The notes under the pieces: generated by a model
What the model was told of the DNA's origin: nothing
Databases searched by the model: none
The model's input: only the letters and a program-made list of their open reading frames with translations
From: Candidatus Woesearchaeota archaeon
GTDB lineage: Archaea > Nanobdellota > Nanobdellia > UBA10117 > JABICX01
NCBI GenBank assembly: GCA_018652045.1
Contig: JABICX010000005.1
Coordinates: 74,426 to 138,425 of the forward strand
Direction of reading: 5' to 3'
DNA length: 64,000 nucleotides
Made by a program: the position numbers and the translations under genes
In this document: one piece after another, positions 57,938-64,000 of the stretch
Position numbering within the stretch: position 1 is the first letter of the stretch
Layout of the letters: the number at the start of each line of letters is the position of its first letter

Positions 57938-58887
57938 TTAAACGGAAGCAATTTCTCCATATCTTTCATTCTTTCAGCTCGATGTTTCCAAGCTAAGTCC
58001 ATAAACAAGAAGTGGATTGCAGATGGCTTGTACTTTCCGTAGCGTCTATCTAATTCTTTCATGCTTTCTTCTGCTGAGGCGCCGTCTCGATTAAACAACA
58101 GCTTTGAATAGATTTTAGCTTCCCATGGTGGAATCACATCTATAACTGCTCGCTTAAACGGCCCCCCCAATGCATACATAACAGATGCAGGTCCGATACC
58201 ATATATCTTAAGCAAATCAGTTCTCAGATCATCTGTATTGAGCTTACGAAGTTCTACTTCATCTATGTGTCCGTCAACAAAATCTTTGCTTACGCGTAAG
58301 AAACTCTTAGCACGGTAGCCCACTTTCAGATCTCTAAGGTCTTGCTCAGGAACATCGACAAGTTCTTCTGGCGACCAGAAACAGTATAGCTTCTTACCAT
58401 CAAACTCAAGCAAAGTACCGTATTTTTCCAGCATAACCCGCGTCATCTGAGCTGTTCTTTTTGCTGTTGTATTCTGCAAGAAGATGGTTATCATGATAAA
58501 ATCATATAACTCTTCACCACAAAAGCCATGCATGCCGCGATACTTCTCTATCAATGGCTTAAGTATGGAATCATTTCCAAACTTGTTGTAGAACTCAGCG
58601 TCACTATTATTCCATTCATATCGATAAGCTATCTCGCTTAGTAGTTCTTTGAACTCAACAGGCTTCTTTCCATATATAGAAACTTCAACTGCGGGCTTAT
58701 CTACCGTTCCCTTGTTTTCAAACCGTACCCCTATCTTCTGGCCTTGCCATCTCAGAGTAAACCACATCTTTCCCGGCTCCCAGTCACCGATTGGTGCTGG
58801 ATAATGCGTCGGATTCTCAACACTATAGTCAAAAGCATATGGTGCCTTAGGATGCATTACGACAGAGTACAGCTGATTAAGTTTCAT
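57934..58887 (-). CDS. HhH-GPD superfamily DNA glycosylase (AlkA/Ogg-like)
   Basis: HhH segment LLKIYGIGPASVMYAL and an overall AlkA-like length. A by-eye call. Confidence 0.55.
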   Translation of the reverse strand: MKLNQLYSVVMHPKAPYAFDYSVENPTHYPAPIGDWEPGKMWFTLRWQGQKIGVRFENKGTVDKPAVEVSIYGKKPVEFKELLSEIAYRYEWNNSDAEFYNKFGNDSILKPLIEKYRGMHGFCGEELYDFIMITIFLQNTTAKRTAQMTRVMLEKYGTLLEFDGKKLYCFWSPEELVDVPEQDLRDLKVGYRAKSFLRVSKDFVDGHIDEVELRKLNTDDLRTDLLKIYGIGPASVMYALGGPFKRAVIDVIPPWEAKIYSKLLFNRDGASAEESMKELDRRYGKYKPSAIHFLFMDLAWKHRAERMKDMEKLLPFN

Positions 58888-58969
58888 TTCAGTCCTTATA
58901 GGAGAAGGATTAAAATACTTATGATACTAGGCATAAACTTTATAAACCACCTGAGGAGTTTGATATCGT

Positions 58970-59404
58970 ATGGGTTCAAAATCTAGAGGCCTGAATGCAG
59001 CAAAGAAGCTAAAAGGTAGACGTAAGAAATTTGCTGAGTGTGATCGATGGTATGTCAGACGTAAGTATAGACTAAACGTCAAGTCTGATCCATTAGAAGG
59101 CGCACCCCAAGCTAAAGGTATTGTTCTAGCAAAACGACAGGTAGAGGCAAAGCAACCAAATTCAGCTATGAGAAAGGTTGTTAGAGTTCAGCTGACCAAA
59201 AACGGTAAGCAGATCACGGCTTTTGTACCCGGAAACCTGGCTATCAAGAAGATTGATGAGCACGATCAGGTTATTGTCGCAGGAATCGGCGGGCACATGG
59301 GTAAGACAAAAGGAGACATTCCACAGGTCCGATGGCAAGTTATTAAGGTTAATAATCAGTCTCTAGACATGCTCTGGAGAGGAAAACTGGAGAAGGGACG
59401 ATAA
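58970..59404 (+). CDS. rps12: ribosomal protein S12 (uS12)
   Basis: [15 protein letters not shown] and [15 protein letters not shown] blocks. Confidence 0.95.
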   Translation: MGSKSRGLNAAKKLKGRRKKFAECDRWYVRRKYRLNVKSDPLEGAPQAKGIVLAKRQVEAKQPNSAMRKVVRVQLTKNGKQITAFVPGNLAIKKIDEHDQVIVAGIGGHMGKTKGDIPQVRWQVIKVNNQSLDMLWRGKLEKGR

Positions 59405-59406
59405 AA

Positions 59407-59904
59407 ATGGTAGTAGATCGTAGAAAAGCTGAAAGAAAGGGTCAAAATCGTGAACCACTTCCAGAAAATCAGGTATGGGAGGATCATTGTGGTGATGTTG
59501 GAAACCCGGATGATTTTAATCATGAAACTCAAGCTCGAAATGTTTGTGAAGTAATCGTACAAGATCCAGTTGATTACGATAAAATGTACGATGCTGAGGA
59601 TAAGAAAAAATTAGCAGATATACGTAGAGATATGTTTGATATAACTCCAGGTATAATTCGTACTGAAACACCGCTTAATGTTATGATCGATAATCGCGGT
59701 CCTATGCCTGAACTAAAATTTGATGATTTTGGTCAAGTTATTATGGATTCCATTGATCCAGGTTTTAACTCTCCATTTATATCTGCAGATGAAAAAGCGC
59801 GCATAGAAAAAAACACACGAGTAGGTATGGAATACCTACGACAGGACTTACCTGATCCAGTACCTGGTATGCCTGCTGAGGAAAAGAAAACAGATGGTAA
59901 CTAA
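59407..59904 (+). CDS. acidic hypothetical protein inserted between rps12 and rps7
   Basis: Its ATG lies 3 nt after the S12 stop, and its 3' end overlaps the S7 start by 11 nt. No motif recognised. Confidence 0.55.
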   Translation: MVVDRRKAERKGQNREPLPENQVWEDHCGDVGNPDDFNHETQARNVCEVIVQDPVDYDKMYDAEDKKKLADIRRDMFDITPGIIRTETPLNVMIDNRGPMPELKFDDFGQVIMDSIDPGFNSPFISADEKARIEKNTRVGMEYLRQDLPDPVPGMPAEEKKTDGN

Positions 59905-60781
59905 AAAAGTAGAAGCAAAGAAAGTTGAGAAAAAACCTGTAGCTAAAGCGCCGGCAGTAAAAGCTACTGCTAAAGTAGAGAAAAAGCTAGTCACACAGAA
60001 GATCGAGGCTCCTAAGAAAGTCGAAGCTAAATCAGAACCAGTTATTGCTAAGAAGGTCGATAAACCAGTAGTTAAGGCTGAAATAAAGAAAGTAGATACT
60101 ACACCTATCGCTGTGGCTAAAGCACCAGTTGAAAAGCCTGTAGAGGCTAAGAAACCTGCTCCAGTTGCCAAGAAACTTGCTTATAATTTCAAATTATTCA
60201 ATCGTTGGGACTCAAACATCACTGTAGTTGATGCAGGTCTAAGACGATATATTACACTTAATCCAAAACTGGTTCCATTCTCACATGGAAGAAACATGAG
60301 TAAACAGTTCTGGAAGTCAGAAAAACACATTGTTGAGCGGCTAATCCTTAAGTTAATGGTTGCGGGCCACAAAGGTAAGCGACAGTATAAGGAAAGCGGT
60401 CACAACACAGGTAAGTACACAAAGATCACAGGTAATGTTATCAAAGCGTTCGAGATAATCGAAAAGAAGACAGGCAAGAACCCCGTTGAGGTATTTGTTC
60501 GAGCTGTTGAAGGTGGTTCTCCGATCGAAGGAGTTACAACCATTGAATACGGTGGAGTTCGATATCCAAAAGCAGTTGACTTATCTCCACAACGAAGAAT
60601 CGATCTTGTTCTTAGATGGTTAACACAGGGTGTATATCACAGCAAAGCAGGCAAAGGTAACCGAAAAGACCTTCCTGAACGCCTATCTGAACAGATAATG
60701 ATGACGGCGGCAGGTGATCAAGCTGCTAATGCTGTAAAGAAACGCCATGAAACAGAGAGATCTGCTTCAGCAAGTCGTTAA
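59894..60781 (+). CDS. rps7: ribosomal protein S7 (uS7) with a Lys/Ala/Val/Glu/Pro-rich N-terminal extension of about 95 aa
   Basis: The C-terminal 200 aa or so form the S7 core (FNRWD...ERLILKLMVAGHKGK...RRIDLVLRWL). The N-terminus has KKVEAKK-type repeats. Confidence 0.9.
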   Translation: MVTKKVEAKKVEKKPVAKAPAVKATAKVEKKLVTQKIEAPKKVEAKSEPVIAKKVDKPVVKAEIKKVDTTPIAVAKAPVEKPVEAKKPAPVAKKLAYNFKLFNRWDSNITVVDAGLRRYITLNPKLVPFSHGRNMSKQFWKSEKHIVERLILKLMVAGHKGKRQYKESGHNTGKYTKITGNVIKAFEIIEKKTGKNPVEVFVRAVEGGSPIEGVTTIEYGGVRYPKAVDLSPQRRIDLVLRWLTQGVYHSKAGKGNRKDLPERLSEQIMMTAAGDQAANAVKKRHETERSASASR

Positions 60782-60823
60782 TACTCAGCCATATATGATT
60801 AAATCTGAATAAACTAAACCGTC

Positions 60824-61297
60824 TTATTTATCTTTTCCAGTAAGAATAGCTACAATCTCGTCTGCTTTTAGGCGTTTATGGTCTGAGTCCATGTTTTGTA
60901 CTAAATTATTATTACTAATTTTCCAAGCATTATCCTTAAACATCCAGCGACTCATTGGCCAAAGAGCAGGTGGGATCACCCATCTCGCCTCGCCAAAAAA
61001 GGTTCCACCTTCAAAGTGACGTACTTTATTTGATTCTATCCATATCTGGTGATTTTCAACCCAAAAATCGATGTTCTGTACTTTATTACTTAAGTCCAAT
61101 ATAGTAGATCTTTCTGATGAGATAGTAGAAGGATCAATATGAAGAAAAAGTCTAGCATCAGACATATAATGTATACCTGCAGGTATACATGCTTCTCTTA
61201 ATCTACTAATGTACTCACTACAAGCCTCAATACCTGGAATTGTGTATTCTGATCGCTCTCTTGCTTGTATTACAAGAGGCATTCCTCCACCTGCCAT
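60824..61297 (-). CDS. hypothetical protein
   Basis: ORF only. Confidence 0.4.
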   Translation of the reverse strand: MAGGGMPLVIQARERSEYTIPGIEACSEYISRLREACIPAGIHYMSDARLFLHIDPSTISSERSTILDLSNKVQNIDFWVENHQIWIESNKVRHFEGGTFFGEARWVIPPALWPMSRWMFKDNAWKISNNNLVQNMDSDHKRLKADEIVAILTGKDK

Positions 61298-61324
61298 GTA
61301 ATAAATGTATAATAACGCTTAAAA

Positions 61325-61906
61325 CTATTTCTTTTCTTCAGACTGTGCTTCGGATTTCTCTTCAACTACAGGCTCTTCTTTCTTTTCTTCTTTAGGCTCT
61401 TCTTTAGGTTCCTCAGCTGGAGCTTCTTGCTTTGGCTCTTCTTTTGGAACCTCTTCTTTTACGGGTGCAGCTTCTTCTTTAGGTAATTCTGCCTCTTTTG
61501 GTGCTTCGCCTTCCGCAGGTTTAGCCTCCGCGCCTAAGATCTTTGCGATCTTATCTTTTCCAGCCTTAACAACTTTACAATTTATCTGTGCTGTATCTGC
61601 AGAAACTGTATTGCCTCGGATTGATCTACGCTTTCTTTGTCCTGCTCGCTTTGAACCAAATCCTAAGCTTCTAGTAATTATGATCTTCTTTCTTCCTGGC
61701 CCCGCTACATCTGCTCGCATTGGAAATCCAGTGCTATCTGAACCACCTGTTATCTCTAGCTCATAACCATTCAGTCCAATGACTTCACCACGGAACTTCT
61801 CTCCGATCTTCTTTCCAAAAAGCTTCTCAGAGTCAGCCCCACTAACAACGTGCTTGAACACTTTCTTTTCTTCTTTTGAGCCGATTGCGAATTTTATTTC
61901 AGCCAT
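61325..61906 (-). CDS. rps6e: ribosomal protein S6e (eS6) with Glu/Lys/Pro-rich C-terminal extension
   Basis: GYELEITGGSDSTGFPMR block, and a tail of EEPKEE-type repeats. Confidence 0.9.
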   Translation of the reverse strand: MAEIKFAIGSKEEKKVFKHVVSGADSEKLFGKKIGEKFRGEVIGLNGYELEITGGSDSTGFPMRADVAGPGRKKIIITRSLGFGSKRAGQRKRRSIRGNTVSADTAQINCKVVKAGKDKIAKILGAEAKPAEGEAPKEAELPKEEAAPVKEEVPKEEPKQEAPAEEPKEEPKEEKKEEPVVEEKSEAQSEEKK

Positions 61907-61929
61907 GATTAGAATTAGATAGAGGGTTT

Positions 61930-62598
61930 TTAAAGATTACGTTGTAACTCTTCCACTGCTTCTGCTACTGCGTGGCTCTCTAACTTTTCAATGCCATGTG
62001 GAATCTGGTATTGGTACTGGTTGCCTATTTTAGGTATAATCATACGTCCAAAAAAGTTTACAGGTTCTACTACGAGTCCACGATCAGTGTCCAGTCTGAC
62101 CTTGAAAGACTCTATTGTGGCGAACTCTTTTGCGTCAGAAGTGTCCATTATTCCGAGTGTTTCGCGGTCTAAAAAGCGACGTTCTTCAGTAAAATACATG
62201 CCAAGTGTCAGATCTCCCGTCATTATCTCAATCGGAGTTCCTTCTAGATTTTGCGCGATCAGAGCAGCTTCAACAGTAGGTGCCCCAAGAATATGTCTAT
62301 GTATGTGCGCAACAGATCTATTTGGAGATAAGTTTTCGAGTAATTGGAAAAACCGGTTCCCAAGTTCAAACTGTCCTATAATTGTAGCTAGCGTCATGGT
62401 ATCCATGTCTGTACGATATCGATAGTTATCGCCCTCAAAGAACTCTCCAAAATCTACGATATGCTTTGTAGGCAGTGTAACTGCATGTGATGTAGGTTTA
62501 TTCTTATTAAAAGACGGGTCTGAAACTGCGGCAAAAGCCCAGTCTGTATGCCCGAAAGTCCAATACGGAACAGCACATATAGCACATTCATTTCCCAT
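61930..62598 (-). CDS. hypothetical protein, weakly HIT-like (CAIC ... HIHRHIL)
   Basis: Two short motifs only. Confidence 0.35.
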   Translation of the reverse strand: MGNECAICAVPYWTFGHTDWAFAAVSDPSFNKNKPTSHAVTLPTKHIVDFGEFFEGDNYRYRTDMDTMTLATIIGQFELGNRFFQLLENLSPNRSVAHIHRHILGAPTVEAALIAQNLEGTPIEIMTGDLTLGMYFTEERRFLDRETLGIMDTSDAKEFATIESFKVRLDTDRGLVVEPVNFFGRMIIPKIGNQYQYQIPHGIEKLESHAVAEAVEELQRNL

Positions 62599-62712
62599 AT
62601 TAACTGCTCAGTTACGGGCTTTTTAAAGCTTACTCTATCGTTAGCTATTGGTCCTTATGAGCTACGTATCACGAATCGCAATACTTTTAAACCAAGTTTA
62701 CGAGTTTTAAGT

Positions 62713-63093
62713 ATGACTGCGGAATCAAAAGACAACAATAGAAAGGACCTTAAGAAGATACACAATCAATCAAAAATAGAACCTCAAATTAATGATTATG
62801 TACCAATTCGCGATGAATGTTCAACACCTGAGTTAATACAGAGAGATATCGAAGTACATGACTTTATGCGAGCAATCATATATATCAATATGCCACATAA
62901 TGACGAAGCGCACCGAACATATCGATTAACTCAACATGCATACCAGCAAATGGTATATGATGAGGATCCTGATAATCGAAGGTCTAACAAAGAAATAGCT
63001 GATTCAATAGTAGATTTACTTGTTAATACATTAGATATCTTACCAAGGGACTCGATAATACCTGATATTGCTACCAACGAAAAGGAGATTTAG
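62713..63093 (+). CDS. hypothetical protein
   Basis: I prefer ATG 62713 (MTAESKD), about 25 nt after the TATA-like ACTTTTAAACC. The track start at 62548 overlaps the convergent gene. Confidence 0.4.
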   Translation: MTAESKDNNRKDLKKIHNQSKIEPQINDYVPIRDECSTPELIQRDIEVHDFMRAIIYINMPHNDEAHRTYRLTQHAYQQMVYDEDPDNRRSNKEIADSIVDLLVNTLDILPRDSIIPDIATNEKEI

Positions 63094-63094
63094 A

Positions 63095-63790
63095 CTATTG
63101 AAAACTTCCGAAGTGCGATATAATCGCTTTTCTTCTTTCATACGGGTCTTTAATGTTCTTTAAGATCTTCTTCCAATTAAGCCCTTCTCGATGATACTTT
63201 ACATCCCAAAATCGCTGAGGTGTAGTAAGCATGTCGAAGTAAGTTGTAATTCCCTCATCTATAAGCCAATGATCCTGACCCAATCCAAAGAATTCACGAT
63301 ATAGTTTATTTTGATGCAGCAGGATATGCTTCCATTCATGCGATAGAACGTCTAGAAAAGGTCTAACTTCTCTCTGATTTCGTGGTTCTGCAATTAATAT
63401 CAAAATGCCTTGCTTATACTTAGTTTTTGCCTGAGACAATAACGCTAAATACTCTTTTCTAACGTCTTTGTCTTCAATGTAATCTGCAAGTTTGACCTCG
63501 TGTTCAAACTCGTTTTTTAATTTAACACAACCACTCATGACAGAATTAATACGTCCATTATATTCTTTTGACGCTAAGAACTTATCCAGATTAGCTATTT
63601 TTTCTCGATCAGACTTACCAAAATGATTGAATTCAGGACAACCTGTGAGATAATCATTAAGTACAAGCGCCCGTCTAGAAACCATCAAATAACTAAACCA
63701 TTTAGAATCATACTTCAAGTCAAACTCTTTTGCTAACCACTTTAGACCTTTATGAATATACGCTATGTCTGTGCTTTTTATATACCCCAT
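63095..63790 (-). CDS. hypothetical protein with HExxH motif (HEWKH), possible metallopeptidase
   Basis: Single short motif only. Confidence 0.4.
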   Translation of the reverse strand: MGYIKSTDIAYIHKGLKWLAKEFDLKYDSKWFSYLMVSRRALVLNDYLTGCPEFNHFGKSDREKIANLDKFLASKEYNGRINSVMSGCVKLKNEFEHEVKLADYIEDKDVRKEYLALLSQAKTKYKQGILILIAEPRNQREVRPFLDVLSHEWKHILLHQNKLYREFFGLGQDHWLIDEGITTYFDMLTTPQRFWDVKYHREGLNWKKILKNIKDPYERRKAIISHFGSFQ

Positions 63791-64000
63791 ATCTCCTTTG
63801 TCCGTCTATGGATCTCTGCAATCTCCTTAAGAACAACCTTTTCAGGTCCAGTAAGTAATTTCTTTACTTCCTTAAGCTTCTTGTAGCTCGATTCAGGAAC
63901 ATCAATGTAAAGCTCTTCGCCAGGTTCGACATTTCTTCCAATAATCATTTTTTTGACTGAAAGTGCTGCCTCCTCGCCTTGCTTTAGCTCTTCAAGTTTT
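63778..64000 (-). CDS. C-terminal fragment of an unidentified protein (gene continues beyond window end)
   Basis: My minus-strand translation: ...KLEELKQGEEAALSVKKMIIGRNVEPGEELYIDVPESSYKKLKEVKKLLTGPEKVVLKEIAEIHRRTKEIWGI*. Overlaps the next gene's start by 13 nt. Confidence 0.5.
   Translation of the reverse strand, partial: KLEELKQGEEAALSVKKMIIGRNVEPGEELYIDVPESSYKKLKEVKKLLTGPEKVVLKEIAEIHRRTKEIWGI

Noticed and set aside
59848-60171. 107-aa minus-strand ORF rich in Thr/Ala/Phe/Ser
   Set aside because: It is the mirror image of the repetitive Lys/Ala-rich S7 N-terminal extension, so it is a shadow of a low-complexity coding repeat.

Overview
This is an AT-rich (about 40% GC by eye), gene-dense archaeal chromosome segment. 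All homology calls are by-eye motif recognition; no database was searched. The backbone is information-processing.

Main gene content:
- The archaeal RNA polymerase and ribosomal cluster (rpoH, split rpoB''/rpoB', rpoA'/rpoA'', L30e, NusA, S12, S7).
- Translation factors aIF2-gamma, aIF5A and aRF1, and ribosomal proteins L40e, L37e and S6e, plus an LSm protein.
- Three aminoacyl-tRNA synthetase loci: ValRS, PheRS alpha/beta and class-I LysRS.
- A carbamate kinase / ornithine carbamoyltransferase pair, an extracytoplasmic disulfide-bond cluster, transporters, a large surface protein and many small orphan ORFs.
- Eight tRNA genes, found by hand-folding. Five carry introns, and two of those carry two introns each, in D-loop or T-loop positions.

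Transcripts look mostly leaderless, with a BRE/TATA motif (AAAnCTTTATAAG) about 25-30 nt upstream of the ATG. Operon-internal genes instead use GAGGT-type Shine-Dalgarno (SD) sites.

The most unusual locus is 35046-37633. Two tRNA-Lys genes are followed on the same strand by an SD-led mini-ORF. Next come two ORFs (154 aa and 490 aa) that contain no lysine codon at all. The larger one is a class-I LysRS paralog whose HIGH and KMSKS motifs are destroyed. A small ORF follows, and then the canonical LysRS, which is itself fused to a PheRS-beta-type B3/4 domain. I read this as a candidate lysine-starvation or uncharged-tRNA-Lys module. A possible +1 'hungry codon' frameshift entry site (CCC-AAG) and a reiterated 15-nt motif lie around it.

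Every synthetase locus in the window sits next to its cognate tRNA gene.

I saw no rRNA, CRISPR array, transposase or integrase.
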